64,000 nt of DNA, from positions 97,898,001-97,962,000 of the forward strand of contig OZ024740.1 in the NCBI GenBank assembly GCA_964016885.1, given 5' to 3'. This document shows, one piece after another, positions 12,193 to 25,199 of this stretch; within the stretch, counting starts at the first letter, position 1; every line of letters begins with the position of its first letter. The notes under the pieces are model-generated. The model ran no database searches and was not told where the DNA came from. It saw nothing but the letters and a program-made list of their open reading frames with translations. Position numbers and translations under genes: made by a program. The stretch is from Eledone cirrhosa. Lineage: Eukaryota.

Positions 12193-14176
12193 TGGCCTTC
12201 GGAGATAGTTGCTGAAATGCTGAAAGCATCTGGAACGATGGGACACACTATGGTCACCCAGATAGTAAACCAAGTCATACAGAACGGGGTCATACCAAAT
12301 GACTGGCGTAGCAGCATCATCATTAACTGCTACAAGGGTAAAGGAGATGCCCTAGATAGGGGAAACTATAGAGGCGTTAAATTAATTGACCAGGTCATGA
12401 AGGTCACAGGAAAAGTTATAGCACAACTAATCAGAGAGCGAATTGATCTAGATGAAATGAAGTTTGGGTCATGTAAAAGTACCACAGATGCTCTTTTCCT
12501 TGTATGACAACTAGAGGAGAAGTACCTAGCTAAAAGTAAACCCCTATACTTAGCTTTTGTTGACTTGGAGAAAGCCTTTGACAGAGTCCCCCACGCCATT
12601 ATCTGGTGGGCTCTTAGAAAACTAGGTATAGATGAATGGCTTGTGAGAGCTATACAAGCAATGTATAAAGAAACAGTCAGTAAGGTTAACAACGAATATA
12701 GTGAAGAATTTAGTGTAAAAGTTGGTGTTCATCAGGGCTCTGTCCTTAGCCCCCTCCTATTTATTATTGCCCTTCAGGTTATAACAGAGGAGTTCAAGAC
12801 CGGCTGCCCATGGGAACTTCTATATGCAGATGATCTAACGCTCATAGCTGAATCGATGGATGAACTAGAAAAGAAATTCCAAACATAGAAGCATGGCCTA
12901 GAATCAAAAGGCATTAAAGTTAACTTGTCTAAGACTAAAGTTCTAGTATGTAGGAAGGAAAATAGGGCACAGGTCCCCTCTGGGAAATGGCCATGCTCAG
13001 TGTGTAGGAAAGGAGTAGGCAGAAATTCCATTTTATGTCCCAAATGCAAAATATGGGTGCTTAAAAGATGTAGTGGGATCACTGGTAAGTTATCTAAGAA
13101 CATAGATTTTATATGTGGCCTGTGCTCTGGTTTAATAAGTAGCAAGTGCCCACAAGATACTAGCTCCTTCTATTGCCCAGATAGTTCTATAGAAATAGTA
13201 GAGACCTTTCGTTACCTGGGTGACAAAATCAGCAGTGGTGGATGGTGCTCTGAAAGTACAGTAGCCAGAGTCAGAATGGGATGGAAAAAGTTCAGAGAGA
13301 TTATACCACGATTGGCCACTAAAGGTTTCTCTCTGAAAATGAAAGGCAGACTGTATGATGCCTGCATACAAACAGCAATGTTACATGGCAGTGAGACATG
13401 GGCATTGTGTGCAGAGTATCTGCGCAGACTGGAGTGGAGCGAAGCTTGCTGCTCCGCTGGTTGTGTAATAGTAACATATGTGAACGGCAAAGCATAAATG
13501 AACTAAGTGATAAATTAGAAATAAGAGGGATCAGATGCTGTTTAATCGAGAGAAGACTGCGTTGGTATGGTCACGTCATGCACATGAAAGACAACAGCTG
13601 TATAAAAAAGTGCAGGGCGATCAAAATTGATGGAAGTTACGGATTAGGCAAACCCAGAAAAACTGCGATGATTTGATAAATTCCGACTTTACACACTTAC
13701 ACCACTCTAAGACAATGTCACTGGACCGAGATCTTTGGTGCTACGCAGTAATACAGAAGACACGCCTTGCCTATGTACAAAGCGAAACCTACAGTCAATA
13801 GGCAACTCTTAACCAAATATACACCCCCATCCCACTAGACATACTCCCCCCACTGCCATCAACACCACCCCTTTCTCTGTTAAGTTATGTTGGTACCACA
13901 ACATCTAGTCCTAAATAAATGAGGTTGTGTAGGTGTCACGACAAAAAGACACACAGTCCACGCTGTAATTTGGCCGTGTAGGTCCACAGTAAAAACCACC
14001 CAGTCCACACTGTAAACGTGGTTGGTGTTAGGAAGGGCTTCCAGCTGTAGAAAACCTGCCAGACAGTCCTATACGAGTAAGACGACCAATCTTGCCTCAA
14101 GTGAGACAATTCCCATCTAAACCCATGCTAGCATGGAAGATAGACATTAAACAATGATGTTGATGATGATGATGAT
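12193..14176 (+). mobile_element. RTE LINE subfamily B, 5'-truncated, disrupted
   Basis: ORFs 12217-12507, 12565-12888 (HQGSVLSPLLF, YADD), 12925-13497, 13398-13676; (GAT)n tail into (TA)n. Confidence 0.95.
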
Positions 14177-14351
14177 ATATATATATATATATAAATATAT
14201 GAATACATATACATATACACATATATACATATATATATAGATATATATATACATATACATATATATACATAAATATATATATTGATAAATATATGCATAT
14301 ACAGATATATACATATATATATATAAATATATATACTCATACACATATGAT

Positions 14352-14702
14352 GGAGGCACATGGCTTAGTGGTTAGAGCATTGGCCTTGCAATCGAAAGGT
14401 TGTGAGTTCAATTCTCAGACAGGTCGATGTGTTGTTTCCTTGAGCAAGGCACTTTATTTCACATTGCTCCAGTTTACTCAGCTGTAGAAATGAGATGATA
14501 GGGACTGGTGTCCATATTATTCCACTGCAAAGTGGTCGTGGAGGTGCCACGGCAAAAAAGCACCCAGCACTCACTGTAAATGAGGTTGGTGTTAGGAAGG
14601 GCATCCAGCTGTAGAAATCAAGCCAGACTCAGTTCTCGTCCCACCCTTGCAAGCAGGGAAAAGTGGACGTAAAATGAAATGATGATGAATGATGATGATG
14701 AT
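14352..14702 (+). mobile_element. tRNA-derived SINE, family S2, with RTE-A-like 3' tail
   Basis: A-box TGGCTTAGTGG, B-box GAGTTCAATTC, CORE-like TCCTTGAGCAAGGCACTT; 14521-14630 matches RTE-A 3' UTR (2140-2300); (GAT)n tail. Confidence 0.85.
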
Positions 14703-14718
14703 ATGCACATATATACAT

Positions 14719-15110
14719 ATCATCAGGTTTAGCGTCCGTGTTCCACGCTTGCATGGGTTTGGACGGGGGTTTTCCCACTTGAGGCAAGAGTGGTTGTCTT
14801 GCTCGCATAGGACTGTCTGGCGGGTTTTCTACAGTTGGATGCCCTTCCTAACACCAACCACATTTACAGTGTGGGGCTGGGAGGTTTTTACCGTGTTGCC
14901 TACACGGCCACATTACAGCGTGGACTGTCTGGCGGGTTTTCTACAGCTGGATGCCCTTCCTAACACCAACCACATTTACAGTGTGGGGCTGGGAGGTTTT
15001 TACCGTGTTGCCTACACGGCCACATTTACAGCGTGGACTGTGTGTTTTTTGTCGTGACACCTACACGATCTCATTTGTTTCGGCCTGGATGTTGTGGGAC
15101 CAACATAACT
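14719..15110 (-). mobile_element. RTE subfamily B 3' UTR only, with ~112-bp internal tandem duplication
   Basis: Matches 9540-9822; duplicated unit starts at 14810 and 14922; embedded in TA-rich repeat. Confidence 0.9.
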
Positions 15111-15478
15111 TATATATATATAAATGTATATACATATACACATATATACATATGTATATATATACATATGTATATATATACATATACATATATAAATATA
15201 TATATACATATACACATATATACATATATATAATATACACATATGTACATATATTAGCCGAATTACCCGCACCTTGATGTGTTTCACACATTTTTTTTGT
15301 AAGAAAATGATCAATGATTTTAAATCAGTGATATAATTTATGGAGAAAAATTCTGCATTTCAATATTACTCAATGTAAAATGTAATGCCTGAAAAATTGG
15401 AAAACATAAATTTTTGTAATATATCAAATCAAAATAATGTTATTAAATCTTATTATTTTGTTTCTTGTAAATAATTTT

Positions 15479-18400
15479 GTGCTTTTTTGCTGTGGCACCT
15501 CGACGACCACGTTGCAGTGGGAGGTTGTGGGGGCATATTGTCTATATGCTTGAGCTTCGGCTTGTACCCGTGGGGTCGGGTCTTCTGTATTACTACGTGA
15601 CGCCAGAGGTCACGGTCGTGTGTCATCGCCTTTGAGATGTGTAATCGGGTAAGTCAGCTTTTATCACCTCATCCCAGGTCTTCTTGGATCTCCCCACTCC
15701 ACGGTTTCCATCGACTTCTAGTGCTCTGCACCTTTTTATGCAGCTGTCATCCTTCATACGCATCACATGTCCATACCAACGCAACCGCCTCTCCTGCATA
15801 CAGCATTTTATTCCTCTTATGCTCAGTCTCTCTCTCAATTCATTTATGCTTCGCCGTTTGCCTATATTACTATTACACATCCATCGGAGCATGCAGGCTT
15901 CGTTTCTTTCTAATCTACGCAAATCTTCCACAGACAGCGCACAGGTCTCACTACCATGTAACATTGGTGTTTGTATACACGCCTCATACAGTCTGCCTTT
16001 CATTTTGAGGGAAAAGTCTTTTGCAGCTAGCATTGGCAGTAACTCTCTGAACTTCTTCCATCCCATACCTACCCTAGTCATTCTACTCCCCAAACGCCCA
16101 CCTCCGCTGCTAATTCGGTCACCTAGGTATTAGAAGCTGTCTACTGTTTCTACAGAGCCCTCCCAGAGTTTGGTGGTACTTGTTTCCTGTGGCTGTCTGC
16201 TGCTTGCTGTCCCAGCACAGCTGCTACATGTGAAGCCTACATTCTTAATTAAGCTTCCTGAGATCCCGCTACATCTCTTGTGTACCCATTGTTTACATTT
16301 GGGGCGGAGAATGGAGTTCCTACCTACACCTTTCCTACATACTGTGCAAGGCTATTTCCCTGAGGGGATCTGAGTTCTGTTTCTCGTCTACTTACAAGGA
16401 CCTTAGACTTTGTCGGGTTGACTTTGAGACCCTTTCTTTCTAGTCCCTGCTTCCAAGTTTGAAATTTCTTCTCTAGTTCTACCATAGATTCAGCTATAAG
16501 TGCGAGGTCATCTGGATACAGGACTTCCCATGGTGGGCATCCGGTCTTAAACTCCTCCGTTATTGCCTGCAGGACAATGATGAACAGGAGAGGGCTAAGA
16601 ACAGAGCCCTCGTGGACACCGACCTGTACGATAAATTCCTCCATATACTCATTGCTAATCCTAATTTTGGTGACTGCTCCTCTATAGATGCTTGTACAGC
16701 TTTCACAAGCCATTCATCTACTCCTAGTTTTCTAAGAACGCACCAGATTATAGTACGGGGAACTCTGTCAAAGGCTTTCTCGAGATCAACGAATGCCAGG
16801 TAGAGTGACTTACTTTTAGCTAGGTACTTTTCCTGTAACTGCCTCACATGGAAGAAGACATCAGTGGTGCCTCTCTTGGGACAAACGCAAATTGCATCTC
16901 ATCTAGTTTCACCTCGTCCCTAATCAACTGAGCTATAACTCTTTCTGTTACTTTCATCTCCTGGTCTATCAGCTTTATACCTCTATAGTTTCCTCTATCT
17001 AGTGCATCACCTTTACCTTTGTAACAGTTGACAATGATGCTACTGCACCAATCCATTGGTATGACACCTTTTAGTATTACCTGGTTAACAATACGTGTGG
17101 TTATGGTGTGACCTACCGACCCAGATGTCTTCAGAATCTCGGCAGCTATAGCTGATTGACCGGTTGCCTTCACCGTCTTCATATCTTTGATTGCCTTACT
17201 TACTACGCTGCTGCTGACTTGTACTGCTAGCCCCTCTATAGGGTCTACTTGGGGAAGGGTCTCTTCTTTACATGCATTCACCTCATTTAGTAATCTATCA
17301 TAATGACTATTCCATGCATCTTTCTTCTCAGCACTTGTGAATCTTGTGCAATCTTGAACACATCCTGTTTCTGGACTTCACATTGCAAAACATGCTTGAA
17401 TCTTCTATCCTCTGCTTCCCTCCTAGTTAAGTATACTTGACGCCTAGCTTCCCTCCTGGTCTCTATGTAATTTACCCTGCTTCCCCCATTCTTTCATTCT
17501 TTCCATGCCTGTCTCTTGGCCTTAACTGCCTCATGTAACTTATTTTTGTTCCACCACCAAGACATTCTCCTCCTGCATGTGGTCTTACTTCAGCCACAGA
17601 TCTCATCCGTCGCCTTTAGTAAGTTATTTTTTAGGAACGCCCACTGCTATTCTACATTGAATGTCTGTATCTGTTCTTCTTTACTGTCATAGGCGTTGAG
17701 TAAAATATCTTTAAATCTGTTAGTAGCTGAGGGTTCTTTCAGCTTCCAGATCTTTCTTCTCCCGGCTGGCTTCTGTTTCCAGGTTCGTCTAGTTCTGACA
17801 GTGAGGTCGCTGACAACTAAGCTATGTTGGGAGGTACATTCCTCACTAGGGAAGGCTTTTCTGTTTACAACCGTCCATCTGTCACGTCCTCTGATGAGGA
17901 TGAAATCTATCTGACTAGAATGCTCCCCTGATCTATAGGTGATCAGATGGTTGTCGGGTTTTTTGAAGTTTCTGTTACATATCGACATGTCATTGACGTT
18001 GCAGAATTCTAGAAGCCTCAATCCTTCTTCATTCTTTTGTGCCAACCCCATGGCCTCCATGAACGCTATAGAAGCCGTCACGGTGTTTAACTACGTGTGC
18101 GTTAAAATCTCCTGCAATGATTAGGAAGTCATTGTCGTTTGTTAGAGCAGTAGTGTGCATTAGGGACTCGTAAAACCTATCCTTAAGTTCGTCTGGCAAC
18201 CCCGATTGGGGTGCGTAAGCTGATATTATTGTGGTAATTGTTTTATTCAGGACTAGTCTGAGTTTAATTATTCTTGCATTCACCCTGTTCACTGAGATTA
18301 CCTTATCTACCCACTTCTCAGCTAGTAGGATACCTACACCACCCATCCCATCGTTATTTCCCACCCAGAAAAATTTGTAGCACTAACTTTTTCCTACAAG

Positions 18401-18660
18401 GACTCTAGCAGACTCTCCTCTCCATCTTGCATACAGCATACATCAATTTCCTTTCGCTCTAGCATCTCTACGATTTCTCCTGCTCTTCCTTTTTCATTGT
18501 GCTTACATTCATGGTTCTTGGTTCCAACTCAGAGTTTTGGCCATTTGTCAACATTCGTGGGAAAGGGTACATTTTTGCTGGGGTGTTGTGTATGCTTGCT
18601 GTCTCTGAATTGAAGCTTTACATGGGTGCTTGGTAGCTCGCGGATTCATATACATTTTAA
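15479..18660 (-). mobile_element. RTE LINE subfamily A, near full coding span, 3' end missing, disrupted
   Basis: APE fragments (GVGILL, SAYAPQ, AGDFNAHV, IDFIL) at 17647-18364; RT fragments 15623-17281; no (CAT)n tail; 5' UTR may extend to ~19130. Confidence 0.93.
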
Positions 18661-19571
18661 TTTATTCATTCAGGGTGACTCCATTTATTCTCAGCTCAAG
18701 CATACATAACGGTAGGAGAATTCAGGGCTAGAAGAACAGTGGTGGTGGTAATAATGGCAGGCTGTGTTGGGGTGGGACGGGTGAGGAGAAAGGTAGGTAG
18801 TAGTAGTAGTAGTAATGGCAGAGTTTGTTGGGGTTGGTGAGGTTTAATTGATCGAATAGGACATGGTGGTGTGAGGGGGTGAGCGGGAGGGAAATTGTGA
18901 GATAGGTGGCCATCATAGCCTATAACATCTCAGGGCAAAATAAACCGATACGAGTACCTATATTTGACAAGGCGAAATGTTAGGATTTCGAAGGGAGTAG
19001 ATGACTTCGTAGAGACAGTGAAATGATAAATACAACAATAATAATAATAATGCAAGAGAGAGGAAGGGAGTAGATGACTTCATCGAGAGACAGCCATATT
19101 GGCAGCATGGGAAAGAAAACGAGGGTAAAAAAATAAATATATATATAAATATATATACAAACACACATACACAAATATATATACAAACACACATACACAC
19201 ACACACATATATATATATTTCAGTATTGAGTACTCCTTTCTCTCAGCTGTCAACCACATATGCATATATATATATATATATTCTTTTTCTCAGTACCGAA
19301 ATAATAAATATCACCAATGAGAGATAAACATCTTTAAAAAACTAGAGACTGTCATCCTTTCACAGCTACTGAAGTATTGTGACATGATTACTGCTAAAAA
19401 ATGAATAGCAAGGCATATTTGTGGGGGTTTTTTTATATATACACAAACATACAGTATATGCCTCCATATATATGTCTATCATTAAATATATATCCGCATG
19501 CAATGTATGTATGTGCATATGTGACTGATACTTCGTTAAATGGGCACCACCTTATTATATACAATTGAAGG

Positions 19572-19785
19572 ATACTTCAACTGCCCAGATGGTTCTATAG
19601 AAATAGTAGACACTTTCTGTTACTTCGGTGACAAAATCAGCAGTGGAGGAGGGTGCTCTGAAAGTACAGTAGCCAGAGTTAGATTGGGATGGAAAAAGTT
19701 CAGAGAACTAATACCGCTGTTGTCCGCAAAATGTTCCTCTCTGTAAATGAAAGGCAGATTGTATGAAGCTTGTATATGAACTGCC
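19572..19785 (+). mobile_element. RTE subfamily B internal fragment, followed by SINE S1 3' half (19815-19885)
   Basis: FNCPDGSIEIVDTFCYFGDKISSGGGCSES; then GATAAAATAAAGTACCAGTAATG. Confidence 0.85.
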
Positions 19786-20487
19786 AATTTATCTATTTAT
19801 CTAACATTATTATCGATAAAATAAAGTACCAGTAATGCACTGGGCAATTGCTGGCCTTGTGCCTAAAGTAGAAACAATTATTATTGATATTTAAAATCCG
19901 TATCGCTACAACAAGAATATTATGTCTTCATTTGTTTGAAATTGTTATTGCTATCACACATTTGTTTGCAAATCTGAAAGGCAAACTAAAGTTTGAACAA
20001 GTAAAAAAATGTGCATGTTATATGCTAAGTTTATCCCATATACCCAGGAACGGATTAAATCTTTTCAGGCAGTAATATTTGGTGATCCATTGTCCCTTAA
20101 AAAATATCATGTAATTCCATAATTTTAAAACCAGTTACTAAGAGGACGAAACAAAGTAACATGTCTGTTTCATTTGTGTAAAACAATAACATGCCAAATA
20201 TAAATCAGTCAATATTGATTTAGATCTCTCACCGATCTAAGGTTCATGTTTGGTTTTATAACCTGCTGGTATTTGATTAAACATTTTCTAAATCTAAATG
20301 AATATGGATGTTGAACCTAAATATTTTACGTGTAATTTACAAGCATTCGACAATGTGGGAGTCACTCAAAAGTAAACATATTATTTCCTTGGTATGTCTG
20401 AAGGTGAGGTGAGTCTATTCTAAAATACCATAAAAATAGAAGCACTGGTTACTTAAGTATAAACAACAGTAAACCCAGATCAAGTAT

Positions 20488-20492
<5 letters not shown>

Positions 20493-20558
<66 letters not shown>
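20493..20558. repeat. (TC)n microsatellite
   Basis: Pure TC run. Confidence 0.98.
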
Positions 20559-20565
<7 letters not shown>

Positions 20566-20856
20566 ATTGCATACATATATATATTCCATCCATCATGTCA
20601 TCCTGCCAATCCCACCAACCTTTTCTCTAACCCCCTATACATCAAATACAAATTGGATGACTATGTCCATTATCACCCACTATCATCTTCTTTTTCACAC
20701 AGCCCTATCCTCCCCCACTGCCACCACTACCCTGTCTACCTTATTTTAAATACTCCTCCTCAATTAAATCCCCCTTCCCCAAATCGGTTTGTCCCCTGTG
20801 ATAAACAGGCAAAACTCCAGAGTAACAAGACCTACTATTTAGCCTGAATAAAATGA

Positions 20857-20887
<31 letters not shown>

Positions 20888-21224
20888 AGGTGTGATAGTT
20901 CACTAAAAACATTGTTGAATATGAAACTGGAAAGTGGGTAATGCAATGTACAACATTCTAAACACACACACCCACTGTTCAGTTTCATATTCCACAATGT
21001 TTCAAGTGAACTATCACACCTTATATATAAATATATGTATTCATTTTATTCAGGCTAAATAATGAGCCTTGTTTTGCCTGTTTATCACAGGGGATGACTC
21101 GAGTTTGGGAAGGGGGATTTAATTAAGGAGGAGTATTTAAATTAAAGAAGACAGGTTGGTGGCAGTGGGGGAGGATAGGATTGGCTGGATGAAGTGATGA
21201 ATGGAACATATATATGTATGCAAT
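20566..21224. repeat. Large imperfect foldback (inverted duplication)
   Basis: 20566-20939 is the reverse complement of 20970-21224, with indels; ~30-bp spacer. Confidence 0.9.
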
Positions 21225-22852
21225 TACACATGTATACACACTAAATACACATACACAGGTGCTTACACCTATGAAAATAAATATGTATGAATACATACCA
21301 GCACATATACATATAAAAGACATACAAGAAAATATATTTTAAAATATTTAAAAATTATAAAAGTTATAAAAAATTATAAAACATATATCTACACATACAT
21401 ACACAAGGTACACATATATTTACATATATATACATACATGCACACACATATATACATACAGGCAAACGCACATATACATATGAATGCCCATATACACATA
21501 CAAATATGCATACATACATACACATAAAGATTAAAAAATACATGCTTACAAACAGTGATACATATATACATACAGATATGAATATGAATATACAAGTTCC
21601 AAATCCTGCATGCATATATACAATATGTGGGTGTGGGGTGGAGGTATTGTGGTGGGGGATTGTGGTGATAGCAGCAGTGTTGATGTGGTGGGAATTTAAA
21701 GTGATATAGTTTAAAATTAAAGAGTTAAGTTCAATGAAGATTTTGGGGATATAAAATTATAGAATATAAAGTGTAGAGCTGTGATATCTAAGGGTGGTTA
21801 AATGTAGGATAATGTCAATGATGGAAGCTATGATTGGTGAATGACTGAGTAGTGGAAGTATGGTATTGGTGTTAAGTAAATAAGTGAAATTTATAAGACA
21901 TACAAATATAACTCATGGAGATATAAAGGAATTAACTACAATGAAGATTATAGAAATATAAATCTTATGGAATTATATATGATGATGGAAGTGGTGGTGG
22001 CGCAGTGGTGTAGATGTTAGGCACATTTTAGATATAAGGTATGAGGAATAAAGAAAGTAAGAAAAAATGAAAAAGCTAAAAGAATGAAAAATGGAGTAGA
22101 GGAAATAAAAAGTGGAAAAATGATAAGTTGAAAATTTGGAAAGGAAAATGACAAAATGACAAATATGGTAGGAAAGAAATCAAAAATTAAAACATTGAAC
22201 ATTTTGAACCTAAAAAAAAAATTAATAAATTAATAAATTAAAAATTAGCAAATTAAAATAAAATAAAAAAAATAAAAAATAAAAAATTATTATTATACTA
22301 TAAACATAATATAAACAATATAAACTAAAATAAAATATAAGGATTAGAAGAATATAAAGATAGGAAGGTTATGGAATTATGGAGTAAAATGTATGGCATA
22401 TGATATATAGCACATAAGAGTGGTGAAATATGTGAAACAGATTGTTTTATTTATGCTGGGTTACCTACAGTTTGTGAGGTTTAGTGCGTGTTGCAAGTAG
22501 ACATAACCACATAACACTCCATCTCTCTTAATTTTTGAAAATCATGAAACTTGTGAAACTGGTAAATTTATAAATTATTGTAAATAAACCTTCTGAAAGA
22601 TTCCAATTGCATTTCAATTTCTTTTTCCTATATTTTTACCTATGTGGGACATAAAAAAACCTTACTTTCAAATCTATATATATATGTGTGTGTGTGTTTA
22701 TATATATATATATATATATGTATATATGCAAAATTAAGATAAATCAAATGAATTTAATCTAAATCAAAATTATGGGTGTCATGTCAGAAAGACATGCTCC
22801 ATACCACCTGCAAAATAAGCTCTAAGATTCTAACTAGTAGGTCTGAGCATTT

Positions 22853-23337
22853 TATAATAACTAGAAATTGATTAACATATAAATAAACATTAATAATCAC
22901 AGGAGATAAATACGGCTCCTTAATTGTAGAGCTAACTCTGTTAAAGGACTCGACTGCTGTTTCTAGTTGTCGATAACCCTATTCATGCCACTGGGATGAA
23001 GCTAGTATGATGTGTGTATTTCTAGTAGATATAGCACGTGTTGATGGCCAGTCGCTGATTTGAACTTGAAGTGTAAACACTGATCGCTGGAACTTCTTCC
23101 TTGTTGAAAATCCAAGTATCCGCTTCCGTGGTTTACCATTCGATTAATTGGTGAAATATATTTCTTTAATGGAATATATACAGGGAAGATTAATCATATT
23201 ATAAGGTATCTATTTTTGAAGTTCTGGTCAACTTTATTTAGTTACCTACCTAACTATGTGTGGTTACACACTTGTAAAAATTATCTCCTGTGATTATTCA
23301 TGTTTATTTATATGTTAATCAATTTCTAGTTATTATA
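22853..23337. mobile_element. Element with 57-bp inverted termini, probably a Penelope-like inverted pLTR remnant
   Basis: 22853-22909 is the reverse complement of 23281-23337 (1 mismatch); decayed hammerhead-like GAAAC agca GTC on minus strand at ~22952-22989. Confidence 0.55.
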
Positions 23338-23352
23338 TATATATGTATATAT

Positions 23353-23575
23353 ATCATCATCATCGTTTAACGCCCACTTTCCACCCTAGCATGGGTTAGA
23401 CATTTTGTCTCATTTGAGGTAAGTTGGGTCAGGTGACCATGTCCTGCTGATACAGAACTGTTTCCGGCTGGATTTCTACAGCTGCATGCCCTTCCTAATG
23501 CTAAACACATTCGCAGTGTTTACTGGGTGCTTTTGGTCATGACTCCTACATAACCACTTTAAAGTGTGGGCTGGT
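23353..23575 (-). mobile_element. RTE-type 3' UTR fragment
   Basis: (CAT)n CGTTTAACG...GCATGGGTTAG, TTTCTACAGCTGCATGCCCTTCCTAA. Confidence 0.85.
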
Positions 23576-23618
23576 ACAATGAAATATACACAGAAGCCTT
23601 CATTATAGGTGGATTGAT

Positions 23619-23800
23619 AGTATCGGTAGAGGGTCGGACTCCATGCTTTGCAGCAAAGAGTTACGGCCCTTTATGTTCAGAGTTCAAATCCTGCCGAGGT
23701 TAACTTTGCCTTTCATCCTTAACGGGTCGATAAAATAAAGTACCAGTAATACACTGAGATAATTGCTGGCCTTGAGCCAAAAGTAGAAACAATTATTATT
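23619..23800 (+). mobile_element. SINE family S1
   Basis: Collinear with 4178-4357. Confidence 0.85.
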
Positions 23801-24131
23801 TTAATCTTGTCATTCACAGAATTGCTCAATAATAACAGGTGAGAACCTGTAATAGAGCAAACTACCAATGATGCAGTAATAAATCAATGACACCCAAATA
23901 GAACATTATATGGTAGAAAATAAAGCAAAGAAATTTTGAAATGTTGACAATTTAACAAAGAAAACCTTTCAATCCCAACAAAAATTTGCTGATTATACAT
24001 ATTAGAAATTATTAATCAGAATCTAGGACTCACTGGTTCTCAGCAGACTATCCTTAGAAGAAACAACTAAAAGCCAAAGTAAGTCTAGGGAAAGCGAAAG
24101 GCAAATCCAACAATGGTGATAGTGTTGTATT

Positions 24132-24320
24132 CTGCTGATGTAGCTACTGCAACTTTTAATGGAGTAAGGAGTCCGAGTAAAATTGGTGAAAAAGACTTAA
24201 AATAGAACCACTTCCCTCAACCACTTTACTGCTGGTGTAGCTACTGCAACTTTTAATGGAGTAAGGAGTCCGAGTAAAATTGGTGAAAAAGACTTAAAAT
24301 AGAACCACTTCCCTCAACCA
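24132..24320. repeat. Direct tandem duplication, period 97 bp
   Basis: CTGCTG(A/G)TGTAGCTACTGCAAC...CCCTCAACCA at 24132 and 24229. Confidence 0.95.
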
Positions 24321-25199
24321 ACAAAGCACTCATCTGATGAAATAAAATTACCACAAGTAAATTATAATAAATGCATAGACACCTTTGTTATTATTACAAT
24401 CTTTTTGTTCGTGGAACTTGCTCAATATGGTTATTTTGGTGACACAACAAAAAGTGGTTGTGACCATCTATAAGGGTATGTAACTCGATGTTCTAAGCCA
24501 TAATTTATAGCAATCAACCAAAGAGGTCGGGATTATATGTCAGTCCTAGTGGTTTCACTTGCATTCTACCCTGGCTTGCTAGCAGGTTAAACAATGATGA
24601 TGATGATGTTGAGGAAATATAGTAGTTTTATATTATCAATTTTATTTTTTTTTACCAAATATTTTATTTCGTTATCTTGTGCATATCAGGTTTAAATAGG
24701 TACACTGTATCCCTGCTGGCAAAAAAAAAAAAATGACTAAACGTTCTGGCATGAGAAAGGACATCCAGATGTAAAACCTTCTCTGCAAGGCTAACTCTTG
24801 TTTTTACAAGGAAAACAAGTTTGGAACCCTTTTTTTTAGTTGTTGTTGCAGTTGTTGCTACTGCTGCTGCTGCTGATGATGATGGTGTTCTATCTATTTC
24901 AAACCGATTTCTTCCTTATCCTGTGTATGTCTTGTCAGACCATAGGTTTGATTATAGAAAGTCTTGTTTCAGTCTTTGTTGTTAGAGTTTAGTAAGTTGA
25001 TACTAGAATAATCATTGTAGGTTCCACATTAATAAAAGTAGGGTCTTTGAAGCAATATTTTACAATAAAATGCCATTTCTAATGCCAACCCAATTAGTCA
25101 GATCCTACAACATTCAGAGATATAGTAAATACCTATTCTAAATTCGAGGAACATAATATAAATTTGATACACTCACTAACAATTAAATTTATCCAAAAA

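Noticed and set aside
14128-14361. Tyr/Ile/Cys/Val-rich ORFs (also 3560, 15012, 18958, 21364 and others)
   Set aside because: Products of TA/CA microsatellites.
14352-14425. tRNA gene
   Set aside because: A/B boxes present, but no full cloverleaf; continues into SINE body and LINE-like tail.
21640-22420. AT-rich, strand-skewed segment as a possible mitochondrial insertion
   Set aside because: No recognisable mitochondrial gene, tRNA or rRNA motif; treated as low-complexity or unclassified.
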